Below are positions 45,550-56,533 of a stretch of 64,000 nt of DNA, piece by piece (positions within the stretch are counted from its first letter, which is position 1; every line of letters starts with the position of its first letter). This DNA comes from Eledone cirrhosa (taxonomy: Eukaryota): NCBI GenBank assembly GCA_964016885.1, contig OZ024742.1:259470001-259534000 (forward strand). Direction: 5' to 3'. Under the pieces are notes generated by a model. It had not been told where the DNA came from. It searched no databases and worked only from the letters and a program-made list of their open reading frames with translations. The translations under genes were made by a program, and so were the position numbers.

Positions 45550-45800
45550 TCTCTAGGAGATGGTCAATCTGATATAATACTTGCGACTTCTTTTATATCT
45601 AATCATGTAGGCTAGTTCTACTTTTTGGGTAAATGCATTCGATGTTCTGAGAGTGGGATTGGCCTCGTGCAAAGCGTTTCTCACTCAAAAAACCTTCGGG
45701 CACGGGCATCGCTTGATACATGATTTTTTTGCAATGCATGGTATTGCTGGCCATAGGCAAGTCCCTAGTAGGACTAAATAGCCACGTCCGTAATACTCAT
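45550..45800 (+). mobile_element. RTE-like LINE 5'UTR fragment
   Basis: CTAGGAGATGGTCAATCTGATATAA and GAGTGGGATTGGC..CTCACT..GCACGGGCATCGC shared with the other two copies. Confidence 0.5.
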
Positions 45801-45872
45801 GCTTAAGTATCAAGCGATGGCATTTCTCAAAATAGAGTTGCAACCATCATATATCTATATTTATATCACTTC

Positions 45873-45954
<82 letters not shown>

Positions 45955-47108
45955 TATCTCACAGTTCACAACATAGTAACCAACATGAAAATCCCAATGA
46001 TAGCTGCTCTATAGCTACCCTTGTTTTTCACTTTTGTTTGATTTAAATTATGCTTCTTCTGTTTCTATTTAAATTTCCCTTTTTATCACTCTGACTACAT
46101 GGTTTTTGTCTCTCCAATCTATATGAGTGATAGGATACTCCTCTAGTCGGGAATGGCTAACTAGCTGTATACGGACGTTTAAATTGATTAAATAATTTAC
46201 TTCATTCATAAAGAATTGCAATAAAGAGGAGTGAGTGTGTGTTGGACCTTCGTGAGTTTCTATGACGAGTCAGGTCATGGAATTAACGCGTGTGTGGTTG
46301 TCATATGTACACTTAATGTAGTTCGCAAGGAAATTCAAACTGACATAGTTTCCTTCTACGTAATGACACGTATCAAAGATGAGACGCATTGCGATCGAAT
46401 TAGGACCTTTGTAGTTGCGAAGTGAACTTAATCCTTTTGTTTTGTTGCGTCTAACATCTCATGTATAACTCTAGATTTCATCATAGGCAAATATTGCATT
46501 GCAACACAAATCATAATTACCACACCGTGCATCGGCATGCTTAATTAAATAAGTGTAATAAGATTACCTTCAATGAAAAGAAGACGTTAGCTAGAATATA
46601 TGGAGCACACACATAAGAAGGAAGAAACAGTACTGTCTGGTGATATAATTTTTCTTTCAGCGTTAATTTAGCCAGGAATATACATAGGAATTTCTATCTC
46701 TAATAAAATAACTACTATATTTCCACAACAAAAATACCATTAAAATATTTTAACTGGGCACATTATCCCAAACTATACAATAGAAGCGCACACATATATA
46801 TATAATTCAGAGATGAATCTATGTGTCAGTTGATGAAAAGAAAAAACAATCAGAGGACATTCATGAAATTTCATCTAAATAAACAGCGCAATGCTATGGA
46901 AAAATATATAAGGTTTATCTTTCGTCTCAGACATTGCGTCTTTGGAATCATTATTTGGTTTTCATTGCTTCTGAACCATTGGTCTCTCTCACAGACGCAC
47001 ACATACGCACACATATACACACACACATACATACGCACACACCAGCGCCCACACAAACACACACATACACACAAACAAACACATACACACAAACAAACAC
47101 ACACATAC

Positions 47109-47138
<30 letters not shown>

Positions 47139-47139
<1 letters not shown>

Positions 47140-47296
47140 ACAAAGGAATTATGGTAAGGAACCAGATGGACCATAACGCACTAGAGTACTCAATACTTAG
47201 GGTAGTAGAGTGGGAAATAGGGAAAAGTATGACCTCGACGGCAGAGCTCAAGCCGTTTCGACGGCTATTTCTGGACTAAATTAGAATTTAGTCCAG

Positions 47297-47300
<4 letters not shown>
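47139..47300 (-). mobile_element. Family B copy with short fold-back
   Basis: Family B block; ATTTCTGGACTAAAT/ATTTAGTCCAGAAAT hairpin. Confidence 0.85.
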
Positions 47301-47351
<51 letters not shown>

Positions 47352-47366
47352 TATATAAATATATAA

Positions 47367-47406
<40 letters not shown>

Positions 47407-47412
<6 letters not shown>

Positions 47413-47972
47413 ATACATATATATATATATATATCTTTTGGTCGTTTTGGAAGCCTCAACAATGCACATGGCTAATTCTCCGGGTAACAGGATCCGGTGG
47501 TGAAGAGAGAGATGTAAGGGAGTTTAGAATGAGATGTAAAGTGTGTAGAGGAACGTAGGAAAGAGCGTAAAAGATAAAAATAATAACACGAGATAGAGTT
47601 ACCTTGGGAGAGATTTAATTGTCCCTATAATTGTCACGAACAGCGAACAGCAGAGGACACGTTCCGACAGATAACCTTCTGCGCCCCCCACCCCCGGTAA
47701 ACCCCCCCAGTTGATGGATGAGTATCCGAAATATAGGGACAATTAAATCTCTCCCAAGGTAACTCTATCTCGTGTTATTATTTTTATTTTTTACGCTCTT
47801 TCCTACGTTCCTCTACACACTATACATCACATTCTACACTCCCTTACATCTCTCTCTTCACCACCGGATCCTGTTACCCGGAGAATTAGCCATCTGCATT
47901 GTTGAGGCTTCCAAAACGACCAAAAGATATATATATATATGGACATATCACGATAAATTAACGGAGCCATAG

Positions 47973-47974
<2 letters not shown>
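47407..47974. repeat. Fold-back element, about 220-bp arms
   Basis: 47407-47629 and 47732-47946 inverted; short tail; TA flanks. Confidence 0.87.
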
Positions 47975-48022
<48 letters not shown>

Positions 48023-48283
48023 AGTATAGAAAGACTGTATAGTATGGATACATAATGTCTAGCTTTATACATATAGATGTAAGATGTTTCGTGACTCGGA
48101 ATAATAGATGTGCTGGAAACTGTGCTTTGCCGCCATTGTTTTCTTGTCGGTGCCTCTAATCATGTACATTTTATTTTATTAATTCACTCATTGATTTGTC
48201 TTTATAGTGTATATATGTACATTATATACATATATATATATGTTGTGTGTGTGTGTGTATACATAAATATATACATATTTATT

Positions 48284-48315
<32 letters not shown>

Positions 48316-48434
48316 CACATATGTATTTATATATATATATATATGTTTATATATATATGTATATGTATATATATACATATATATATAAATAGTTATATAT
48401 ATATATGAATATTTATATATATATATATATATAT

Positions 48435-49436
48435 AACGGAAGAAATGTGGTAAGGAACCAGGTGGACCATAACGCACCAAAGTACTCAATACTTAGGGTA
48501 GTAGAGTGGGTAATAGGAACGAGTAGGAACCGACGGCTGAGCTCAAGCCGTTTCGACGGCTAATTCTGGACTAAATGAACATTTTTATCCTGGTATTTGA
48601 ATAGCCGTGTTTCTCAAGGGGTAATTCCATATATGGTCAAAGTGATTGTCACAGAGATTGGTCAAAAGTTTGTAGTTGAGACATAATAATTCTATGATGG
48701 CAATTTGTGGAGGGAAGGGGTAGCTAAACCTGCCAGTAGGAGAAAGAGGGAGAGGGGGTGGAGGAGACCCATTCATGCGTTGATAGTGCCGGCTACAGCT
48801 GGGCGTGAGGTCAAAGAAGATACTAGGGAGGGGGAGGGGGAGGAAGTCGAAACAGTAAGTAGAACAATAAGGGGTAAATATATAGAAAAATACTGAGAGT
48901 GTTAAAAAACAATTAAATGTAAAAAAAAAAATAAACAATTTCTGGTTACTACGACCTAAGTCTCTCACTATTGCTAGCCTAACAATAGTGAGAGACTTAG
49001 GTCGTAGTAACCAGAAATTGTTTTGTTTTTTTTTTAACATTTAATTGCTTTTTAACACTCAGTATTTTTCTATATATTTACCCCTTATTGTTCTAGTAAC
49101 TGTTTCGACTTCCTCCCCCTCCCCCTCCCAGTATCTTCTTTGACCTCACGCCCAGCTGTAGCCGGCACTATCAACGCATGAATGGGTCTCCTCCACCCCC
49201 TCTCCCTCTTTCTCCTACTGGCAGGTTTAGCTACCCCTTCCCTCCACAAATTGCCATCATAGAATTATTATGTCTCAACTACAAACTTTTGACCAATCCC
49301 TGTGATTTCACTTTGACCATATATGGAATTACCCCTTGAGAAGCTCGGCTATTCAAATACCAGGATAAAAATGTTCATTTAGTCCAGAATTAGCCGTCGA
49401 AACGGCTTGAGCTCAGCCGTCGGGGTCCTACTCGTT

Positions 49437-49440
<4 letters not shown>
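48435..49440. mobile_element. Fold-back family B, longest copy (about 460-bp arms)
   Basis: Arms 48514-48973 and 48983-49440; tail 48435-48513. Confidence 0.92.
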
Positions 49441-49503
<63 letters not shown>

Positions 49504-49505
<2 letters not shown>

Positions 49506-49613
49506 CGAAGGAGTTGTGGTAAGGAACCAGATGGACCATAATGCACCAGAGTACTCAATACTTAGGGTAGTAGAGTGGATAATAGGATAAAGTATGACCC
49601 CGACGGCAGAGCT
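49504..49613 (-). mobile_element. Family B truncated copy
   Basis: AACGAAGGAGTTGTGGTAAGGAACC...GACCCCGACGGCAGAGCTC. Confidence 0.85.
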
Positions 49614-49799
49614 CTCATGTATACCTTTCAGACTTTCATGTATCCCTCGTCGAGTGCTCTATCCTCTGTTGATTGCTATACCAAGTATAAAAACATGCAT
49701 GCATATACGTAGGCGTTTGGTGCTACAATCATAGTGTAACAATACAATAACGATAAAAGGTATTTGGTATTATGTACGTTTAAGATTTCTATTGATTAT

Positions 49800-50540
49800 A
49801 TGTGAAGAAATATTGTTTGGGGGTGACATATACAGTATTTTTCATAGGATATGAGCAGTCCCCATGAGTATTACTTTCTGAATTTCGTCCATTCGGGTTC
49901 CTTGGGTTTGAGATAAGTAATATTCAGTCTCTTTTGGTATTATTCCCGATGCAGTTACAACCACGGTTATTAATCTATTCTTGAGTTTCCACATGTTGCC
50001 CAATAAATATTTCAAGACCTTTGGACTTGCTGAATTATTGGTAAGTCTTGACCGATTCCTTTATACCAATTGGAATTGTGACGTCGATGAGGTGGCATGA
50101 TGTTTGTCTTAAATCCTCCAATATATTGTCTGGCTTTTTTTGCATCTAAATTTGTATTAGTTGGAATGAGATATGGTATTTTTCAAGCACTAGTGGTGAT
50201 GTGTGTTTATACCAGATTTTATTTTGCGGCTGTCAGTTCCTTACAAATAATCCAGTGGATATACTGTGCAGCTTTATCACGCTTGTTGACACACGCCGAG
50301 GGCACAACAATGCTACATATGGAAACAATGTGATTGATAGTCTCAGACCATTGTCAACATACACGATATTTTGTGCTGTGGTCGTTCTTTAAAACGTTGG
50401 CTTCGTGTGTTTTGATGGTAAGCATTGATCCTGGTTTTAGGTTAAAGAATGCTAACCACTGATGGCTGCTTTCTCAACATCACCACTGTTAGCTTTCTCT
50501 CTATATTTACTAACTTTGCATTTGCAGGTAAGATTATTTA
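49800..50540 (-). pseudogene. R4/Dong-type non-LTR retrotransposon C-terminus (zinc knuckle + restriction-like endonuclease), decayed
   Basis: Manual translation over several frames: QDQCLP..YRVC..ETINHIVSIC, KRDKAAQYIHWIICKEL, WYKH, KKPDNI, CHLIDVTIP, NMWKLK..ITVVVTASGIIP. Confidence 0.8.
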
Positions 50541-50557
50541 AGGCTGCATCGCTATTA

Positions 50558-50693
50558 TTAGTTACGTCCCTTTACGGTCTGAGTTCAAATCCCGTTGAGG
50601 TTAACTTTGCCTTTCATCCTTACGGGGGTCGATAAAATAAAGTACCAGTAATGCACTGGGTAATTGCTGGCCTTGTGCCAAAAGTAGAAACAG
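50558..50693 (+). mobile_element. SINE family 1, 5'-truncated, followed by (TTA)n(TAG)n
   Basis: B box, core and tail. Confidence 0.85.
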
Positions 50694-50712
50694 TTATTAT
50701 TATTATTATTAT

Positions 50713-50788
<76 letters not shown>

Positions 50789-51465
50789 GGTGTTCATCAA
50801 ACGGTATTGAATAGCTAGATATCAAGCCAAATTACTCCTCTATCAACACATTCAATCAACCATTCAGCACGTATTACAATTAAGTGGATATCTTTGCCGT
50901 AATGCCAGATTATTTATATATCGTATTTCAAGCCTCGGTACTTAAATATTTCCTCGTGTTCCCTGTCTACTTCTCTAGCAACCTTAATTAACCAAACACA
51001 CGCTTTCTTCAATGTTTATAACAATATCTGGGTGCGAATACGTTTGAAACTTCATATCACATAATATGTTTAAATGTTTTTTTTCAAGGACATGTCCTGA
51101 TATGTAGTCATAGTACTTCATCGCATAATTTAAGTTCTATTTTTCTTACACTTTCATGTAAGATAGTGGCAACTTGACATATCTTCATTTATTTTAATGT
51201 CTTTGAACGAGAATCTTCCATTCAGAGACCAAACGTGCCACGCTCTTTTCTCTTTCATCTCATGTTGTGCATAAAACCAGAATACCTTCCTCATCTATAT
51301 GTAGTAATGTATTCACTTAAATGTCATATTTACTGCTCAATGCAAACCGCGCCCGAATGTAAACATATCATCACACTCATGTATCCACTGATATACGTGT
51401 GTGTGTGTGTGTGCATATCAGCGTACACACACACATACATACAAACACACACACACACACACACT

Positions 51466-51529
<64 letters not shown>

Positions 51530-51560
51530 GAGAGTGAGAGAGAGAGAGGTAGATAGTTAA

Positions 51561-51627
<67 letters not shown>

Positions 51628-51628
<1 letters not shown>

Positions 51629-53965
51629 CTTTCTATTTATTTGCCACCAGGGCATCAAAGATTGGGACAAATACAAGCGGGGGAATTTACATACATTTCA
51701 AGGGACGTGTAAAAACATATAACAAATCAAATTCAACAATCGAAGTCCTCAATAGGGAGGGGGCGTTGACGTAGGTCGCACACACCCCCGAAAAAAATGT
51801 GCAACCCTCCTCCTCGGGAGCACAAAGAACGGGTGCTCCCTTCTTCTCCTCCTTCCTCTCCTCTCTCACCTACAGGCTGATATAGAGAGAAGGCCCATTC
51901 ACTCGGGCCATTCTCGCCACTTTCACCTACCTTTCATAAAACTTGCTGGGGTAGAGCACCTCTCTCTCCATTCTGATCCTTCTTCTAAAATGGTACTTGA
52001 AAAAAAGGACCAGTTGTTGGTCGGAGAGAAAAGTGTCTAACCTCAGCCCTTTCAACCTCGTCCACCATACAACCTCTTTCGCCATAGCTATCACACAGAG
52101 GAAAACCGCCACTTCCTTCGTTTTTGAAGGGGGGAGGCGGTTTGATCGTAACAATGTACTCGGTGGTCAACCGGACTGGTCCCACCTGCGACAGTAGTCG
52201 TTCCACATAGCCCCGCAGGTCAGCAACACCCGGGCACTGTACGAATGCGTGCGCGACGGTTTCCTCGTCACACGCATCTCCGACAGATCTTCTTCGACGG
52301 GTCCCTACCCGGGCGCCCGTGTCTGTAGAGCTTGTCCCGAACGGGTAGAGCTCCTCGGTAGCACTGCCAAGCCTGGGACTTTTGGAAGTTGTGCATCGGT
52401 CCCGGGCCAAAACGTCCTCCGAACAGACCGGCTAGCCCAGAGCCTCTACGAGAGCGTCGTCGCACATGCTGCGCACCAACCCTCTATAGAATGTTGAGGT
52501 TGAGTCTCCACTGATTGCCGGATCCGCTTGCCAGAGGGCCGTGAGCGCCTGGGCACATTCAATGTGCCAGTCGCCCACTTTTCTCGGTCTTTGCTTGACC
52601 CAGGATTGCAACTCGGTGAGTGAGACGTGTCTCGGAAAGGCTTGCCTCACAAAAGGGGCCCGCATCGGCTGACCGGTGAGGAATACCTGGAGGTGCCGTA
52701 GCCTTGATGCGTGTCTACGCATCGTCAGCCACGACATCTCCAGCCCTCCGTTCGAAGGGTGTTGACAGCAGATGCATCTTCTCACCAATGGGAATCGCTT
52801 CTTCCAAAGGAATCGGAAGAGCGCGCGTTCCATTTTGGCGAGCGTTTTCGCTGGGCAAGGCACGACGGTCAAGCGGTAGTAGATGACGGACGCTATATAA
52901 GTGTTCGCCACCTCTGCTCGTCACCTCCCAGTTTTTCTCCACCTGGAGGTCCGGTCCGAACCAGATCTTGAGCAGCTTCACCGGTCCCTCTGTCCAGCGT
53001 CCGATGACGCCGTCGGAGGGAATTGGTTTGCTTCTACACGTTCCGAGTTGCAAACCGACGTACTTGTCCCGGTTCAGCTTGGCTCCTGTAAACCTTTCGT
53101 ATTCCTCCAGTAAGGTGCAGATCTGCCCGATTTCCGAGGCGAACGACACCATTACTGTCACGTCATCGGCGTAGGCCGACACCGCTTTCCGCAATCCCGG
53201 TTCCAAGGAGATTCCCTGCAACAGCTCCAACTTCCACAGTAGTGGCTCTCGACCCACTACAGCACATACAGAAGGGAGGAGAGAGGGCAACCCTGTCGGA
53301 TGGATCGCGCGATTTGGAACGGTTCCGAGAGGTAGCCGTTCACCTTGACTCTCGAGTAGGTGTTGCTGCTGTGCATTGCAGCAATCCAGCCCCTGAAAAC
53401 GGGTCCGAAGCCTGGTGCCGCAAGCACCACATCCAGGTACCGATGGTCGACACTATCGAACGCCTTAGATTGAACCAAGTTGATCAGGGCCCCACCAAAG
53501 CAGGGTTCGTTCCCTACCCTCTCTACGATGTATCGCATGAGGTGGAGGTTGTCGTGTATGGACCGAAATCCATGGCCTCACCCGGCCCGCTGCCACCAGC
53601 CTGAAGGCTCCACCTTCACTATTGCCTATGTCTAGAACCACCAGTCGACCCTCCGGGTCCAGGTGTACCTTCCATGTTGCGAGGCCCAGGCGTTTTCGCA
53701 GCAGAACGACCACCCCGCCCACCCCACCCCCGGCTGATAGAGAGATTCATAGATCTCAAAGTCGTCGAAGATGGGGGCCAGTTGGTGTTCGCTGCTGATC
53801 ATGGACTCGCAAATAGCTATCACATCCATTCTGTGCGACCTGAAGTCATTTAAATATTTGCCCTGTTTCCAGGACATCCCTAGGCCGCGCACATTTAAAC
53901 ATCCAACTCTTATAACAGCCATGTTGGTGGTGAAGAGTTTAGCGTGGAGAAAAAGGAAAAGACAC
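51628..53965 (-). mobile_element. Tx1/L1-clade LINE with internal deletion
   Basis: ORF2 from its start to a 3'UTR ending GCCCTGGTGGCAAATAAATAGAAAG, then (TATC)n. Confidence 0.92.
51868..53923 (-). pseudogene. Tx1/L1 ORF2 remnant
   Basis: MAVIRVGCLNVRGL (APE N-terminus), HLDPEGRLVVLD, then a jump to HLMRYIVERV, SKAFDSVDH, IRQGCPLS, AYADDV, ETVAHAFVQC. Confidence 0.92.
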
Positions 53966-54212
53966 ATACCTGTCCTTCTCCTGTATCACAAGTATAATGA
54001 TAACGTAATTCCGTACAAAGATATAACCATTCTCTGTTGTCAACGCTAGGGATAAATATTTGTGGGTCACGGACATCGATATAGCGTTCCGTTCTCTCTG
54101 TTTGTAATTCATTCTTTACGTCGTACTTCATTCAGCATGTAAACTACTCACTCAGCACGTCTCTGTTCCCCTACGGCTTTTTTTATATATATATAAACAC
54201 GTACAGACACAC

Positions 54213-54256
<44 letters not shown>

Positions 54257-54803
54257 TTGCGAGGTTTTTTATATGAAATCGTGTGTCGAAACAGATATTG
54301 TTATATTTGGGGAGGGTCATATTTGCGTAATATTGCCAGAATTAATAACAGAACACACTCACTGTTTGGTTGGTTTTCGCTTCTCGCTGTCTTTTATATA
54401 TATATATCTGCGATCTAACTTACTCGGTCCTCAATGTTGCCATTGACTGACCGGCGGTCAAAAATAAAATAATACAGATACAATATAGACAAACACATAT
54501 ATATATAGTTTACATAAATCTTTCGTTGCACATCTGCAACATCGTCAGTGGTGTTATATTCATTGTTCCTCCTGTTGTGTTGTATGTCTACGCCATTTTT
54601 TTGTTCAGTCCGTCTATATATTTATTTATTTGTTTGCTTGTTTGTTTATCTTATTTTATTTTGTCTTCTTTGCGCATGCGTTTGCGTGTGTGATGTGTGA
54701 CTAGTGTGTATAGTGTTGTGTCTGCTGGGTGACTAGTGTGTGTTTATGTGCTTGTGTATGTATTTATTTATCTTATTTTATTTAATTTAATTTACTTATT
54801 TAT

Positions 54804-55463
54804 TTATACTTCTCTTAGGTCAGTGTTGTTTGTTTGGGTGTTGTTGTTGTTCCACTCATTCTTTCTGTTTAGCTTTGGTCTTCTAATTTCTATTTCACTG
54901 GCCTCTCTGATTTGCCTATCTGCTGGGTCATTCCTATGTTTAGATATTATTCTAATTTCTATGTTGTCTATGTTACCGTCATGATGTTGTCTAGCATGTT
55001 CGTATAGTACTGACCCGTTTTTTCGTCCTTTTAGTTCCCCCCAGTGTTGGTCTATCCTTTCACCTATGCTACGAGCTGTCTCACCTATGTATGTTGTTGT
55101 CGTGTTTCTACAAGTACCCTCTGTACATCTTATGCTATAGACTACGTTTCTAGTTTTACAGTTTATCCGGGGGTTCACCTTACATATGATACATTTCCTA
55201 TTGGTACAGTGGGTTTTCTTAAAAGGGTAGGTTTTGCTGATCAGGGATTTTATGGTGGTTCCTGGCTTTTCTACCACCTTTATTTTTAAGTGGGTCTTTC
55301 TCAGGGCCTTTCTACACTGGTTAGCTAATTTCCCTCCAGGGGTGGCGTCCACAAACATGACACTCTGATATCTCTGGTTGTCGTACCATGATGTGGCCTT
55401 CCCTATCTTATGTCTAGCCCTATCTAAGCTATTCCATGATTTGCTCCTGTATAGTGGGCAAAT
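54804..55463 (-). CDS. PLE C-terminal region: Cys linker + GIY-YIG endonuclease (open frame, 5'-truncated)
   Basis: ICPLYRSKSW..SWY..SVMFVDATPGG..IKVVEKPG..CTNRKCIIC..CKTRNVVYSIRC..YIGETARSIGERIDQH..RQIREA..PKLNRKNEW; no internal stops. Confidence 0.9.
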   Translation of the reverse strand: MCPLYRSKSWNSLDRARHKIGKATSWYDNQRYQSVMFVDATPGGKLANQCRKALRKTHLKIKVVEKPGTTIKSLISKTYPFKKTHCTNRKCIICKVNPRINCKTRNVVYSIRCTEGTCRNTTTTYIGETARSIGERIDQHWGELKGRKNGSVLYEHARQHHDGNIDNIEIRIISKHRNDPADRQIREASEIEIRRPKLNRKNEWNNNNTQTNNTDLREV

Positions 55464-55734
55464 CCACTGACCTAAGAGAAGTATAAATAAATAAGTAAAT
55501 TAAATTAAATAAAATAAGATAAATAAATACATACACAAGCACATAAACACACACTAGTCACCCAGCAGACACAACACTATACACACTAGTCACACATCAC
55601 ACACGCAAACGCATGCGCAAAGAAGACAAAATAAAATAAGATAAACAAACAAGCAAACAAATAAATAAATATATAGACGGACTGAACAAAAAAATGGCGT
55701 AGACATACAACACAACAGGAGGAACAATGAATAT

Positions 55735-55782
55735 AACACCACTGACGATGTTGCAGATGTGCAACGAAAGATTTATGTAAAC
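55735..55782 (+). ncRNA. Hammerhead-like motif in family C pLTR (mirror about 54508-54555, minus strand)
   Basis: CUGACGA-U-GUUGC AGAUGU GCAAC-GAAA-GAUU-UA; stems I and III are weak. Confidence 0.5.
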
Positions 55783-55987
55783 TATATATATATGTGTTTG
55801 TCTATATTGTATCTGTATTATTTTATTTTTGACCGCCGGTCAGTCAATGGCAACATTGAGGACCGAGTAAGTTAGATCGCAGATATATATATATAAAAGA
55901 CAGCGAGAAGCGAAAACCAACCAAACAGTGAGTGTGTTCTGTTATTAATTCTGGCAATATTACGCAAATATGACCCTCCCCAAATAT

Positions 55988-56016
<29 letters not shown>

Positions 56017-56019
<3 letters not shown>

Positions 56020-56295
56020 GGAAAAAAGATGGAATTGAAAATGCAACTGGAGTCCTTTTTAAAAAAAATATATATATATTTATTTGGTTCCTTTAGCGGT
56101 TTCGCAGTTCTTCTGCTTTTCAAAAGTAGAGTTGAGATGGAGGGTCTGTGGTAAAGGAACCAAATAAATATATATATATATTTTTTTTAAAAGACTCCAG
56201 TTGCAATTTCGATTTCATCTTTTTTCCTTATACTTTCACTCGTATAGGACACCTCGGTTATTTTTCATTTTGTAAAAAAAAACCTCACTTTCTAA
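56017..56295. mobile_element. Fold-back family E copy with HHR variant (56091-56126, minus strand)
   Basis: Homologous to 27051-27413; CUU-UUGAAAA-GCAG AAGAA CUGC-GAAA-CCGC-UA^AAG. Confidence 0.85.
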
Positions 56296-56346
56296 TATAT
56301 ATATATGTGTGTATGTATATATATATACATATAGATAGATAGATAT

Positions 56347-56533
56347 AATTGTTTCTACTTTTGGCACAGGGCCAACAATTCCCCAGTAAATTACTAATAC
56401 TTTATTTTATCGACCCCGTAAGGATGAAATGCAAAGTTAACATTGGAAGAATTTGAACTCAGATCATAAAGGGCCGTAACTCTATGATGCAAAGTATGGC
56501 GTCCGACCCTCTACCGATACTGCCAATTCACCG
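56347..56533 (-). mobile_element. SINE family 1
   Basis: Full-length match. Confidence 0.85.

Larger units (their letters stand above)
54254..55995 (-). mobile_element. 5'-truncated Penelope-like element (family C parent) with 531-bp inverted pLTR
   Basis: Arms 54295-54825 and 55465-55995 look identical by eye; GIY-YIG ORF between them; tail 54254-54294; TA flanks. Confidence 0.93.

Noticed and set aside
47895-47930. HHR-like TTGTTGAGGCTTCCAAAAC
   Set aside because: Too many core mismatches.
54295-55463. Selenocysteine recoding/SECIS as reported for some Naiad PLEs
   Set aside because: No in-frame UGA in the retained ORF and no convincing SECIS in the 3' region.
54295-55995. DNA transposon with long TIRs
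   Set aside because: The interior encodes GIY-YIG rather than DDE, the repeat overlaps the ORF end, and there is an asymmetric tail.
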